Shown in pieces: positions 8,495-17,066 of a DNA stretch of 54,365 nucleotides (the stretch's first letter is position 1; the number at the start of each line of letters is the position of its first letter). The position numbers and the translations under genes are program-made. The stretch is from a virus (taxonomy: Duplodnaviria; Caudoviricetes). Location: positions 1 through 54,365 of the IMG/VR virus record IMGVR_UViG_3300021226_000131. One strand, 5' to 3'. Below the pieces are notes generated by a model, which did no database searches, had not been told where the DNA came from, and saw nothing but the letters and a program-made list of their open reading frames with translations.

Positions 8495-8922
8495 GCAGCA
8501 CCCCCGGTTGACTTGAATTCCAGGCTTACGCTCTCGCTGTAGTAACCGTTGGACTCGCCAAGCCAACGCACATCGACATAGCCTTTGCGCGTGGCGAACT
8601 TGTAGAACGTCCAGGTGTAGGACTCTGGCTCGTATTCGAACTTGTAGTCGGCAAGGGTTTCGCCTTGAGACTCTTCGGCGATCAGGAGCGGCTCGCCGAC
8701 CAAGTCCTGGAGGTCGCCAGCGATGTCGTTGATCTCCACACGCTCGCAGCAATCTTGATGATGCAGGAAGGTGAAGACACCCTCATCGCATTTGAAGCGC
8801 ATCTCGTCATCATCGGCTTCCACACTGGTGAAGACGACGCCGAGTAAGTCCTCGATCTTTGGCTCGTAGACGATGCCACCATCCCAGCCTTTGCGCTGGG
8901 CAATTTTCTCAAGCAGGCTCAT
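8491..8922 (-). CDS. Conserved acidic phage protein
   Basis: HHQDCCERV..DI.GDL.DLVG.P...SYTWTFYK.AT.KG.V..RW.GESNGYYSE; SD GGAGG. Confidence 0.8.
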   Translation of the reverse strand: MSLLEKIAQRKGWDGGIVYEPKIEDLLGVVFTSVEADDDEMRFKCDEGVFTFLHHQDCCERVEINDIAGDLQDLVGEPLLIAEESQGETLADYKFEYEPESYTWTFYKFATRKGYVDVRWLGESNGYYSESVSLEFKSTGGAA

Positions 8923-8946
8923 ACAGCCCTCCGTTGGTTTCCAGGC

Positions 8947-9192
8947 TCACGCCCGGTGTTTGCACCCTTCACATTTTTGATCGGCCTGGCCAAGTGATGT
9001 GCGGGTGTAGTTGCACTCGGCAGACATGCGAAACGGGCTGGGGACCATCTTGGCCACGCGGGTCTGGCCATCAAGCCACCAGCCGTCTTGCACAGGAAGC
9101 ATGTTGCGATACTGTGGGCGATTAAAGCAACCATATTTTTTGGCCCCGGATTTTTGTGCGGTTTTGGCCACATAGTCTGCAATCGGATTCAT
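8947..9192 (-). CDS. Hypothetical Cys-containing protein
   Basis: YGCFNR...ECNY...DQKCEGCKH; ATGA overlap upstream. Confidence 0.7.
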   Translation of the reverse strand: MNPIADYVAKTAQKSGAKKYGCFNRPQYRNMLPVQDGWWLDGQTRVAKMVPSPFRMSAECNYTRTSLGQADQKCEGCKHRA

Positions 9193-9395
9193 GTGATTCG
9201 CGCCTGTCTTGATCGGTACAGAAAGCAGGTCGGGCCCGGCACACGCTCGAGCTGGCCGGATCGAATCAGGCGGCCGAGCGCGGCGTTGATGCGGCGCTTG
9301 CCCACGCGCACGGCAATGTCACGTGGCAGCTCATAGCGGATGTGCGAAATCGCACCCAACAGCTGCCGATCTGTAACAGACCGCTCACGATTCAT
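9189..9395 (-). CDS. Small basic protein, possible winged-helix
   Basis: INAALGRLIRSGQLER..FLY pattern. Confidence 0.55.
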   Translation of the reverse strand: MNRERSVTDRQLLGAISHIRYELPRDIAVRVGKRRINAALGRLIRSGQLERVPGPTCFLYRSRQARIT

Positions 9396-9660
9396 TGGCG
9401 GCCCAGTCCTGAGCGGTTCGCAAAATCAGGTCCTCGGCCGTCAGGCTCAGGCCGCGAGCCTGGGCGATGGCCAGAATTCGGCCCTGCAAAGCGGACGGAA
9501 CGGCGCCAGCGCTGCCGCCCTCGTCCTTGGGCTTGCGCCAGCGCACGACGGAGCTGGGGTTTCGCTCCAGGGCGCGGGCCAAGGCGCGTACCCCACCGAA
9601 GGCGTCGATGCACTTGTCTGCGGGGGTTTCCAGGGCTGGATCTTTGGTTTCTGCGGTCAT
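9385..9660 (-). CDS. Cro-like HTH transcriptional regulator
   Basis: IDAFGGVRALARALERNPSSVVRW...G.VP....ILAIA..RGL.LTAEDLI; first gene of the leftward arm. Confidence 0.85.
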   Translation of the reverse strand: MTAETKDPALETPADKCIDAFGGVRALARALERNPSSVVRWRKPKDEGGSAGAVPSALQGRILAIAQARGLSLTAEDLILRTAQDWAANES

Positions 9661-9787
9661 GGCGGGGGAGTGTAGCGTAAAAAGCAACACTCAACCGAAA
9701 ATATCTTAAAATAACCCACGCAAACCACTTGCAGCCCACGATTTGCGATGGCAAGATGCAGTTATCGCAACACCGACCGGAGAAAAC
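9661..9787. promoter_or_regulatory. Divergent promoter/operator region
   Basis: AT-richer gap between the arms; TACACT on - at 9669-9674; TTGCAG-17-CAAGAT on + (9729-9757); GCAACAC occurs twice. Confidence 0.55.
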
Positions 9788-10033
9788 ATGGAAATCGAGA
9801 CACGTGTCGCAGGCATTCCCTGCATCGCCAGAGTGACGCACTACTTTCGCCAGGCACCGCACCGGGGCAGCGCGCACACCTGCGACAGCGACCTGGATTA
9901 CTACGGCTACACCGAGTGCGAGTTTGACATCCTCGACCGGCGTGGCCGCCCCGCCCCCTGGCTGGAGCGCAAGGCCACCGACGATGATCGCCAGCGCATC
10001 GAGCAAGAAATCACTGACCAACTGGAGGACTGA
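9788..10033 (+). CDS. Conserved hypothetical early protein
   Basis: SD GGAGA; MEIETRVAGIPC...DYYGY.E.EFDILDRRGR.A.WLERK. Confidence 0.8.
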   Translation: MEIETRVAGIPCIARVTHYFRQAPHRGSAHTCDSDLDYYGYTECEFDILDRRGRPAPWLERKATDDDRQRIEQEITDQLED

Positions 10034-10036
10034 ACC

Positions 10037-10219
10037 ATGAGCACCAAGAAAACCAAACCCGAACTGACGCCCCCGCCAAGGCGCGAGATTTTTGACCGCC
10101 CAATCTACGACGGCAAGGAGCTGCGCCGCAATCCTGGCATCGCCGACGAACGGTTCCGCGCCTACGAGCTGCCCAGCCCGCAAGGCGGCCGCCTGGTTTA
10201 TCCCAAGGAGCAAGCATGA
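10037..10219 (+). CDS. Hypothetical protein
   Basis: SD GGAGG; YDGKELR..PG....LPS. Confidence 0.7.
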   Translation: MSTKKTKPELTPPPRREIFDRPIYDGKELRRNPGIADERFRAYELPSPQGGRLVYPKEQA

Positions 10220-10470
10220 ACACAAAGATGCTGACCACCGCCCGCCGCCTCTGGTGCGTGGGCCACGCCGACCGGGCCACGCAGCGGGCCAACATGCGCA
10301 AGTGGGTGCGCTCGGTGCGCCTGCTCGGCGACCGCTGGATCATGGCCGCGCCCGAGCCCAAGCTGGCCACGCCGATCGCCGACGGCAAGCTCTCCAGCCT
10401 GGTGCTGCCCTTCCCCCTGCGCACGCCGCGCAGCCTGCACGAGGCCTACGAGGCGCGGAGGCAGGCATGA
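10216..10470 (+). CDS. Hypothetical protein
   Basis: SD AAGGAG; ATGA overlaps. Confidence 0.7.
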   Translation: MNTKMLTTARRLWCVGHADRATQRANMRKWVRSVRLLGDRWIMAAPEPKLATPIADGKLSSLVLPFPLRTPRSLHEAYEARRQA

Positions 10471-10748
10471 GCACACAACCCGAAGCCCTGCGGCTGGCGC
10501 ATCTACTGGAGCACGCGCTTGGCAACACATTCAATTCAGAAGCCGCCGCCGAACTGCGCCGCCTGCACGCGACCCGCGACGAATGCGAACGTCAATATCA
10601 AGCCAAGTGTGACGAAATCGGAGAATTGCTTGAGATTAAGCATGAACTGCTGGAGGCGTTGAAAGCAATTCTCGAAAACGGCGCAGATTACACCGCGACA
10701 CGCGACCAAGCCCGCGCCGCCATCGCCAAAGCGAAGGGCCAGCCATGA
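10467..10748 (+). CDS. Hypothetical coiled-coil protein
   Basis: MSTQPEALRLA...AAAELRRLH...ELLEALK...ARAAIAKA. Confidence 0.75.
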   Translation: MSTQPEALRLAHLLEHALGNTFNSEAAAELRRLHATRDECERQYQAKCDEIGELLEIKHELLEALKAILENGADYTATRDQARAAIAKAKGQP

Positions 10749-11122
10749 GCGACGCCGCAGAGCGCCAGGCCTACACGTGCACGCGTTGCAACGGCACGGG
10801 CCGTTACAGCTTCAATTTGATGCACGGCACCAAGTGCTACGGCTGCAACGGCTCAGGCAAGCAATACACCAAACCAAAGGCGCCCACGCCGAAGTGGGCC
10901 GTGTTTGGCCAGCACCGGCAGACCGGCGAGTGGCTTCGGCTCTACAACGTGGTGGCGCGCTCGAAAAACGCAGCCATTGAATGCGCCCAAAACATGTACG
11001 ACCAGGCCAGCATGTCCTGGAAGGACACTTACACCCTGGCCGACGCCAGGGCCCTTAAATGGTCCGACATGGCCAGCCTTGATGCGCTGAGCTGGGCCGA
11101 TGCAACGAAGGAGAGCAAATGA
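10745..11122 (+). CDS. Protein with N-terminal CxxCxGxG zinc finger
   Basis: CTRCNGTG and CYGCNGSG. Confidence 0.75.
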   Translation: MSDAAERQAYTCTRCNGTGRYSFNLMHGTKCYGCNGSGKQYTKPKAPTPKWAVFGQHRQTGEWLRLYNVVARSKNAAIECAQNMYDQASMSWKDTYTLADARALKWSDMASLDALSWADATKESK

Positions 11123-11337
11123 GCGAAATAAACACAGGTGGGCCAGCGTTCCCCGGCCCATACGCAAATGAAAACGGGAGTATTGAAGCCTTGTTTAAAC
11201 AGCAAGGCATGACCCTGCGCGACTACTTTGCAGCCAAGGCGATGCAAGGGTTGATGCCAACAAATTACATAGATTCCAATGCAAAAGTGGCCTATCAAAT
11301 GGCAGATGCCATGCTCCGCGCACGGGAGGCTGCATGA
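11119..11337 (+). CDS. Conserved small phage protein
   Basis: TGGPAFP...GMTLRDYFAAKAMQG...AYQMADAML.AR. Confidence 0.85.
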   Translation: MSEINTGGPAFPGPYANENGSIEALFKQQGMTLRDYFAAKAMQGLMPTNYIDSNAKVAYQMADAMLRAREAA

Positions 11338-11534
11338 CCCCCACCGCAAAACTTCGCTTTGTCGAGCGCAGCGTGCCGATGCATCCGTTTTATAAAAGCG
11401 TGGATGGGCAGGGCAAACTGGTGCAGGCCACTCAAACCTACCGCGTCCTCCAGCAGTGGTGGGCGGTCGAGCGCGCTGGCCAGATCACGCCAACGGGCGA
11501 GTGGCGCGACGTTCCTTTGGAGGCCGAGCAATGA
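11334..11534 (+). CDS. Hypothetical protein
   Basis: KLRFVER...LQQWW...GEWRDVP; ATGA overlaps. Confidence 0.75.
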   Translation: MTPTAKLRFVERSVPMHPFYKSVDGQGKLVQATQTYRVLQQWWAVERAGQITPTGEWRDVPLEAEQ

Positions 11535-11725
11535 CCCCCCTGCCCTTCGATTACACGCGCTGCAGGCCCAAGGAGCCCGACGACAACTGCCAAAACTGCC
11601 GACGCTGGTGGGACCACCCGCAGCAGACGCACAACCCGCACCGCCAGTCCTTTGTGGTGACGGCCAACAGCAAGGACCGTGCGTGCGTTTGCATGCCGGT
11701 GAGTTTTATGGAGATACCAGAATGA
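11531..11725 (+). CDS. Small Cys-rich protein
   Basis: LPFDYTRC....CQNCRRW; SD GGAGG. Confidence 0.7.
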   Translation: MTPLPFDYTRCRPKEPDDNCQNCRRWWDHPQQTHNPHRQSFVVTANSKDRACVCMPVSFMEIPE

Positions 11726-11856
11726 AACATTGCAACGAATGCAACCGCGACCGCCTGCCAGAAGGCGGTATTTTTCTCACGGCCACGCGCTGGATTTGCG
11801 CCGAGTGCTGGCTTAAATTTCTGCAAGGACGGCGCAGCGTGAAGGAGACAGCGTGA
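11722..11856 (+). CDS. Small zinc-ribbon protein (44 aa)
   Basis: CNEC...WICAEC. Confidence 0.7.
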   Translation: MKHCNECNRDRLPEGGIFLTATRWICAECWLKFLQGRRSVKETA

Positions 11857-12092
11857 TGTACACCCCAGAAGATTCCCCGTTTGAAAAGTTCCGCACCGAG
11901 AAGCTCAAGGGTGTGGCCATGTCGCCAGACGTCCGCGAGCTGGTGGCGATGGCCTACGAGTCCGGATTTATCGATGGCATGCAAAAGCAGATGCAGTCCA
12001 GCGTTGACCGGGCTGTGAACCGCATGACAGCGATTCCGGTACCGCGCTACAACCCAGAAATCACAGCGTTTAAAACAGGAGACGAAGCATGA
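11853..12092 (+). CDS. Hypothetical protein
   Basis: SD AAGGAG; coupled. Confidence 0.7.
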   Translation: MMYTPEDSPFEKFRTEKLKGVAMSPDVRELVAMAYESGFIDGMQKQMQSSVDRAVNRMTAIPVPRYNPEITAFKTGDEA

Positions 12093-12691
12093 AAGACGAA
12101 GACTGCGAAGACCGCGCCCAGGCGCAGCTGGCATCACTTAAGCGCTCCATGCGCAAAACGCTGGAGGATGCAACGGTGCGCGCGATGCACAAAGTGATGG
12201 CGGAGTTTGAGGCTAAGTCAGACGAGCGGGTGATGAAGATGCCGAAGCAGCGATGCACCTTATGCAATTATCAGCACGGTCACGCGATTGGCTGCAAAAA
12301 CAACCCAGTAGACATTGCGATTGCCAAGATGGTTGATCAGCCAGCGCAGCCGGTCGGGCAACCAGAATACAAATTCTGCGACGACGGGAAAGTGATTTTT
12401 AAAAACCCCGAAATATTGTCTCAGCGTGCGCAAGAGCAGCATCAAGAGTTGGTAGCGATTGGTTGGTACATTGAGGGCTACGGCGCAGTGCTTGGGGCAG
12501 TTAGGCCAAACCTACGTTATGAAGAATGGAGGCCCTTCTACGCCATTAAAACCCCACCACAGCGCAAGCCGCTGACGGATGAGGAAATCGAAGAAGTTTG
12601 GAGGCGCGTCCAAGCAAATGATTTTCACGATTGTGTGCAGCCGTTTGCCCGAGCCATTGAAGCCAAACTCAAGGAGAAGAATCATGGATAA
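12089..12691 (+). CDS. Mosaic hypothetical protein ending RKPLTDEEI...AIEAKLKEKN
   Basis: C-terminal module shared with downstream ORFs. Confidence 0.75.
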   Translation: MKDEDCEDRAQAQLASLKRSMRKTLEDATVRAMHKVMAEFEAKSDERVMKMPKQRCTLCNYQHGHAIGCKNNPVDIAIAKMVDQPAQPVGQPEYKFCDDGKVIFKNPEILSQRAQEQHQELVAIGWYIEGYGAVLGAVRPNLRYEEWRPFYAIKTPPQRKPLTDEEIEEVWRRVQANDFHDCVQPFARAIEAKLKEKNHG

Positions 12692-13211
12692 GCAAACAGA
12701 AGCACTAAAGCTGGCACTGGAGGACGTTTACCTGACCATCATTCAATGGGATGTAGGAGGTGGAAAGCGCAGTCGCAGAGAATTGGCAAGACGCATCGTT
12801 GCACTAGCCGACCATTTTCCTGGCGCCACGAAAATGGTGGAGCTAGCACAGCAGCAGGAGCCTGTGTTGTGCGGATACCTTGATAAACGTGGCTACCGAG
12901 TGGCTGCTGATTTCGTAAGTGTGCCGGGGTACAAAAGCATGGAGTTGTGGCAGCAAGCGTACTACCAACCCGTCTACACATTCCCGCTGGTAAGCAAGCC
13001 GTGGGTGGGGCTGGTGGAAGCCATTAATTGGGTCAAGAAAAGGCGTGACGACTTTATAAACGCGCACGGCTCAACAGACCCGGATACCGGCACTCTTGAG
13101 TTCGGCAGTGGGCGACACGCCGAAGCAAAGGTTGAGTACGTTGGGGAGCTTGAAGAAATCATTGAGGGCTTGAGTGATTTGGAAGCCAAGCTGCGGGAGA
13201 AGAACGCATGA
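12684..13211 (+). CDS. Mosaic hypothetical protein (LKLALE, QQQEPV, KPWVGL, EAKLREKNA modules)
   Basis: SD AAGGAG; shares modules with 13360-14049. Confidence 0.75.
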   Translation: MDKQTEALKLALEDVYLTIIQWDVGGGKRSRRELARRIVALADHFPGATKMVELAQQQEPVLCGYLDKRGYRVAADFVSVPGYKSMELWQQAYYQPVYTFPLVSKPWVGLVEAINWVKKRRDDFINAHGSTDPDTGTLEFGSGRHAEAKVEYVGELEEIIEGLSDLEAKLREKNA

Positions 13212-13363
13212 GCCGAGAAATTGAAATTGAACGTGAGATGTTTAGTCGGGCATTGCACAACGCAGTGTACTGGCAGAACAGAGTCGTTGAACTGATGCAG
13301 ATTATTGAGATGTTTTGTTTGGATGCAGAAGCCGCTCACGACATTACAGGAGAACATAAATGA
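13208..13363 (+). CDS. Small hypothetical protein (51 aa)
   Basis: MSREIEIEREMF...; ATGA overlaps at both ends. Confidence 0.6.
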   Translation: MSREIEIEREMFSRALHNAVYWQNRVVELMQIIEMFCLDAEAAHDITGEHK

Positions 13364-14049
13364 GCAAGAAAGACCAAGCAATGAAGCTGGCGCTGGAAGC
13401 GTTGGAAGATGCCCGCACATTCACTGGCGCATGGCCTACTGGCGCTAAAGCCATTACCGCCATCCGCGAAGCACTAGCCGAGCAGCCAGCACAGCAAGAG
13501 CCTTTTGGTTATTTCAAAGCCGAGCCATTTGGTTGGACTGACTGCGCTGAAACAGATGAAGGTGCAATTGCGCTGTATGAGCGCCCACAGCCAGCACAGC
13601 AGCAGGAGCCTGTGGCGCATTGTGAGGCAGGGCCAGAGCATTGCCCTGTTTGCTTAGCAGAAACTAGGTCGTTGGCATTGGCGGCGGCAGTTGGATATAT
13701 CCAGCGCAATACTCCAAAGTTGGTTAGCGAAGAAATTTGCAGGGCTTTGGAAAAAATATCTCCACCAGCAAGCAAGCCTGAGCAGCAGGAGCCTGTGGCG
13801 TGGCGCGTCAAAGTTGAAACCAAACTTAGAGATGGGTCAGTGGATGTCGGATACCAACTCCGCAACGGGAGACTGTCTGAATATGATGAGCCCCTCTACA
13901 CATCCCCACCAGCAAACAAGCCGTGGGTTGGGCTGACGCTGGAAGAAATTGACATCGAGTGGGGGTTGTTTATGTCTGGGCAAGGTTCGGGGTACATCCC
14001 AGATTTTGTTCACGCCATCGAAGCCAGACTTAAGGAAAAGAACGCATGA
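13360..14049 (+). CDS. Mosaic hypothetical protein with three QQEP modules
   Basis: MKLALEALE, PAQQEP, PAQQQEPVA, EQQEPVAW, KPWVGLT, AIEARLKEKNA. Confidence 0.75.
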   Translation: MSKKDQAMKLALEALEDARTFTGAWPTGAKAITAIREALAEQPAQQEPFGYFKAEPFGWTDCAETDEGAIALYERPQPAQQQEPVAHCEAGPEHCPVCLAETRSLALAAAVGYIQRNTPKLVSEEICRALEKISPPASKPEQQEPVAWRVKVETKLRDGSVDVGYQLRNGRLSEYDEPLYTSPPANKPWVGLTLEEIDIEWGLFMSGQGSGYIPDFVHAIEARLKEKNA

Positions 14050-14210
14050 TCTACTTTGAAACAGACCAACCCCACTTTGTGGTCTGGCCTTACCTTGCCG
14101 TTGGGGTTCGTGATGAACTCTGGATCGGCATCGGCTGGCTCAACTTTGAGATCGGCTGGCGCAACGGCGACGGCGGTTGGGGTAACCACACTGAGGAGAA
14201 AAAATGTTAA
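14046..14210 (+). CDS. Small Trp/Gly-rich protein (54 aa)
   Basis: MIYFETDQPHFVVWPYLAVG...; ATGA overlap. Confidence 0.6.
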   Translation: MIYFETDQPHFVVWPYLAVGVRDELWIGIGWLNFEIGWRNGDGGWGNHTEEKKC

Positions 14211-14299
14211 CTGGAATTCTTATTGGGCTCGGCATCGCGGCAGTGATTGCGCTTGTCGGTTACATCTACGCCATTTGCAAATGGGGAGGCCTGTTTTGA
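14204..14299 (+). CDS. Small single-pass membrane protein (31 aa)
   Basis: MLTGILIGLGIAAVIALVGYIYAICKWGGLF; SD GAGGAG. Confidence 0.6.
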   Translation: MLTGILIGLGIAAVIALVGYIYAICKWGGLF

Positions 14300-14370
14300 A
14301 CATCACCATCTACACCAAATCAGGTTGCCCAAACTGCACGACAGCCAAGCTGCGGGAGAAGAACGCATGA
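14296..14370 (+). pseudogene. Truncated glutaredoxin remnant
   Basis: TTG start after GGAGG; (M)NITIYTKSGCPNCTTAK is a glutaredoxin beta1-CxxC start that runs into the junction repeat and stops at 24 aa. Confidence 0.7.
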
Positions 14371-14561
14371 GCAAACCTGAGACTGTCATGAGCATCAACG
14401 GCTCGTACACTTTTGAAGAAGCAGACGAGAAGCGCAGCAAGCTGCGCGACCCCGAACGCTACGGCCTGTTCTGCATTTGCACGAAAGAAAACACGCAGCT
14501 CTGGTGCGTCATGCCCAAAGAAATTTTGAACGCCATCATGAACCACAAGGAGCGGACATGA
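14367..14561 (+). CDS. Hypothetical protein
   Basis: Start supplied by the junction repeat; ATGA overlap downstream. Confidence 0.65.
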   Translation: MSKPETVMSINGSYTFEEADEKRSKLRDPERYGLFCICTKENTQLWCVMPKEILNAIMNHKERT

Positions 14562-14776
14562 ACTGCTGCGACGAATACGGCAACTGCAACCAAGGCCGCG
14601 ACTGCCCGGTGCGCAAGGAGCGCCAGGATTGCCCACACTGCGGGGGCCTGGGCTACGACGCCAGCGGTCTGAAATGCACCTGCCAGCCGGACCACTTTGG
14701 CAACACGCTGGCCTGGATCCTGGGCGGGTTCATCGCCGTGATGCTGGTCTTGATGACGATCAGGAGCTGTGCATGA
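14558..14776 (+). CDS. Cys-rich protein with C-terminal membrane anchor
   Basis: CCDEYGNCNQGRDCP, CPHCGGLG, hydrophobic tail. Confidence 0.75.
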   Translation: MNCCDEYGNCNQGRDCPVRKERQDCPHCGGLGYDASGLKCTCQPDHFGNTLAWILGGFIAVMLVLMTIRSCA

Positions 14777-14922
14777 TTTACATACCGTACACCGGCCCCG
14801 CAAAACCCATCCCAACTTGGCGCAGGCCAAAAATCGACTACGTTGAAGCTGTTGTATTTTTGTCTGGAATTTTGATAACAGGACTTGATGTTTTTGCGTG
14901 GCGAGCGAACATGCCACTGTGA
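14773..14922 (+). CDS. Small membrane protein
   Basis: AVVFLSGILITGLDVFAWR; ATGA overlap. Confidence 0.6.
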   Translation: MIYIPYTGPAKPIPTWRRPKIDYVEAVVFLSGILITGLDVFAWRANMPL

Positions 14923-14973
14923 TTTTTAAAGCCGGATTTCCCGGCGAAAAACGGAAGCTGAAAGGAGCAACCA

Positions 14974-15381
14974 ATGTTTGATCGGACCATAGTCCACCAG
15001 GCGCCAGGCCACATCCGCGCCGAAATAACCGTCACTGAAAAACGCGCACCGACCGACGATTCGGTGCGGCTGTTGCGCGAAATGGAGGCCAAGGCAAAGG
15101 CCGAAGTCATCAAAGCGGTGGCCATCAACGACAACCTGTTCAACGGCGTGATTCACACGATGTTTGACACGCTCTCGTATCGAACCACGGTGCGGATGGT
15201 TTATTCGATGAACGGGAAAAAGCTCACCACGGATTACCACATCGATGATTCAAGATCGCTGGACGATTCGATAACGGGGTTGATCGATGCCGTCGCTCGG
15301 GACATTGCCATCGAGATTTTTCGCAAGCCGATATCAGAGGCGATGAAAGCAAACCACGGAATTTTCGGGAGCAACAAATGA
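14974..15381 (+). CDS. Hypothetical protein
   Basis: SD AAAGGAG; EKRAPTDDSVRLLREME. Confidence 0.8.
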   Translation: MFDRTIVHQAPGHIRAEITVTEKRAPTDDSVRLLREMEAKAKAEVIKAVAINDNLFNGVIHTMFDTLSYRTTVRMVYSMNGKKLTTDYHIDDSRSLDDSITGLIDAVARDIAIEIFRKPISEAMKANHGIFGSNK

Positions 15382-15599
15382 AAGTCCACAAAGTAATCTG
15401 GTTCACCAGCGGCAAGGGCCTGGTTGGCATCGTTGAGGCCACGCAGGATGACGGCGAGCACGGCTATTGGATCGCGCCTTGCGACGGTTTCAACGAGGTG
15501 ATCGACCAGAACCTGGTCGCGGTGCAGGGAGCGCGGTTTCCGGACCACGCGGGTCTGGCGTTGTTTGGAGGTGGCCATGAAAAAACGACCAGTAATTGA
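15378..15599 (+). CDS. Hypothetical protein
   Basis: VIWFT...VGIV...D...V...GARFP; ATGA overlap. Confidence 0.7.
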   Translation: MKVHKVIWFTSGKGLVGIVEATQDDGEHGYWIAPCDGFNEVIDQNLVAVQGARFPDHAGLALFGGGHEKTTSN

Positions 15600-16026
15600 A
15601 CGCCTGATGGACAAAATCCAGCGCGTGCCTTTCTCTGGTTGCTGGATTTGGACGGGAACAACAGCTCGTGGCGAATATGGCCTGATTGGCAACGGATACA
15701 CCGAAGCAGGAAATGCACGGATGGTCTACACGCACAGAGTTTCATTCCAGCACTTTGTTGGCGAGATACCGCCGGGCCAAGAGGTTTGCCATCATTGCGA
15801 TGTGCCAAGTTGTTGCAACCCAGAGCACCTTTTTTCAGGCACCCACAGTGAAAACATGCAAGACATGATTTCCAAGAAACGAGGCGACGCCTATCGCCGA
15901 GGATCACAAACAGAATGCCAGCGAGGCCACAGCCTGACTGGTGAGAACCTTCGCATCCGGCCTGACGGCCGACGTTATTGCCACCAATGCAAACTGGACT
16001 CGCAGCGCGCCAGGAGAATTAAATGA
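15577..16026 (+). CDS. HNH homing endonuclease
   Basis: SGCWIWTG...HRVSF...VCHHCDVPSCCNPEHL..GT..ENM.D; C-terminal C.RGH...C..C. Confidence 0.92.
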   Translation: MKKRPVIERLMDKIQRVPFSGCWIWTGTTARGEYGLIGNGYTEAGNARMVYTHRVSFQHFVGEIPPGQEVCHHCDVPSCCNPEHLFSGTHSENMQDMISKKRGDAYRRGSQTECQRGHSLTGENLRIRPDGRRYCHQCKLDSQRARRIK

Positions 16027-16976
16027 CAACAGAAATCATTGTGCCGAACAGCCAAGAACACTGGCTTGAGCTTCGCAAACAAGACGTCACTTCCACCGAG
16101 TCAGCGTGCTTGTTTGGTGAAAGCCCCTACATGACCCACTTTGATTTGTGGCACCGCAAGCGCACAGGTGTTGTTCCAGAGTTCAAAGCAAACGAGCGCG
16201 TTCTTTGGGGCCAGCGACTTGAGTCGGCAATTGCTTATGGAATCGCTGAAGAACAAGGGTGGGACGTTAAGCCGATGAAAGAGTATTTGAGAAATCCAGA
16301 CTTACGCATGGGTAGCTCGTTTGATTTTGTCATCACGAATCTTGGAGAACCCGTCCATCTGGAAATCAAAAACGTGGACTACCTTGCATTTCGGGATGGA
16401 TGGCTGGAACACGACGATGGGTCCATCGAGGCCCCAATCCACATTGAGCTTCAAGTTCAGCACCAGATGGCCGTGAGCGGTTTCAAGCGCGCGTTCATCG
16501 GCGCGTTCATCGCGGGCAACCGTGGCGTGGTGATCGAGCGCCTGCGCGACGACGATGTGATCGCAGCGATCCGCGCCAAGGTGGCCGATTTCTGGCGCAC
16601 GGTGGACGCAGGCCTGGAGCCCGAGCCCGTGATGCCAGGCGACGCTGAGGTGATCATTCGCATGAACCAGTACGCCAAGCCGGGAAAAATTCTGAGCGCA
16701 GAGGGCGACGACACCCTGGCCGAAATGCTGGAGCGGTACAAAAAAGCCGCCGCCGCCGAGAAGAACGCCAAGGAGGACAAGGAAGTCGCCAAGGCTGAAA
16801 TTTTCCAGCACATCGGGGACGCCGAAAAGGTGCTCACCAACGCCTGGAGCGTGAGCTGCGCGATGCAGGCCGACACCCCGCCAACGCTGATCACCGAATC
16901 GATGGTGGGCCAGTCCTACGGCGGCCGATCGGGGTTCCGAAATCTTCGAATTTACCCACGCAAGCCCACGAAATGA
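16023..16976 (+). CDS. YqaJ-like (lambda-exonuclease family) recombination exonuclease
   Basis: WLELR...TSTE...SPY...G..LE..I...SSFD...LEIKN...QVQHQM; adjacent to RecT. Confidence 0.92.
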   Translation: MTTEIIVPNSQEHWLELRKQDVTSTESACLFGESPYMTHFDLWHRKRTGVVPEFKANERVLWGQRLESAIAYGIAEEQGWDVKPMKEYLRNPDLRMGSSFDFVITNLGEPVHLEIKNVDYLAFRDGWLEHDDGSIEAPIHIELQVQHQMAVSGFKRAFIGAFIAGNRGVVIERLRDDDVIAAIRAKVADFWRTVDAGLEPEPVMPGDAEVIIRMNQYAKPGKILSAEGDDTLAEMLERYKKAAAAEKNAKEDKEVAKAEIFQHIGDAEKVLTNAWSVSCAMQADTPPTLITESMVGQSYGGRSGFRNLRIYPRKPTK

Positions 16977-17066
16977 TGGTACACTGTTTGTAAATTCCAA
17001 ACGGAACCCCCAGACGGAATCCACCCCGCAGCCGGTCGGCCACCGGCGTTTTCAGGAGCAACTCAA

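Larger units (their letters stand above)
13184..14372 (+). repeat. Exact 30-bp direct repeat at gene junctions (13184-13213 and 14343-14372)
   Basis: AGCCAAGCTGCGGGAGAAGAACGCATGAGC twice; degenerate copies near 12653-12687 and 14014-14049. Confidence 0.9.

Noticed and set aside
8919-9182. Alternative 87-aa minus ORF
   Set aside because: Overlaps 8947-9192, which has start coupling and a more protein-like Cys pattern
12653-14372. Possible CRISPR array or attL/attR pair from the 30-bp repeat
   Set aside because: Copies are hundreds of bp apart, protein-coding and non-palindromic; no cas or integrase gene
17031-17053. Hairpin GCCGGT/ACCGGC plus TTTT before recT as a terminator
   Set aside because: Short, interrupted U-tract directly against the RBS; function cannot be supported
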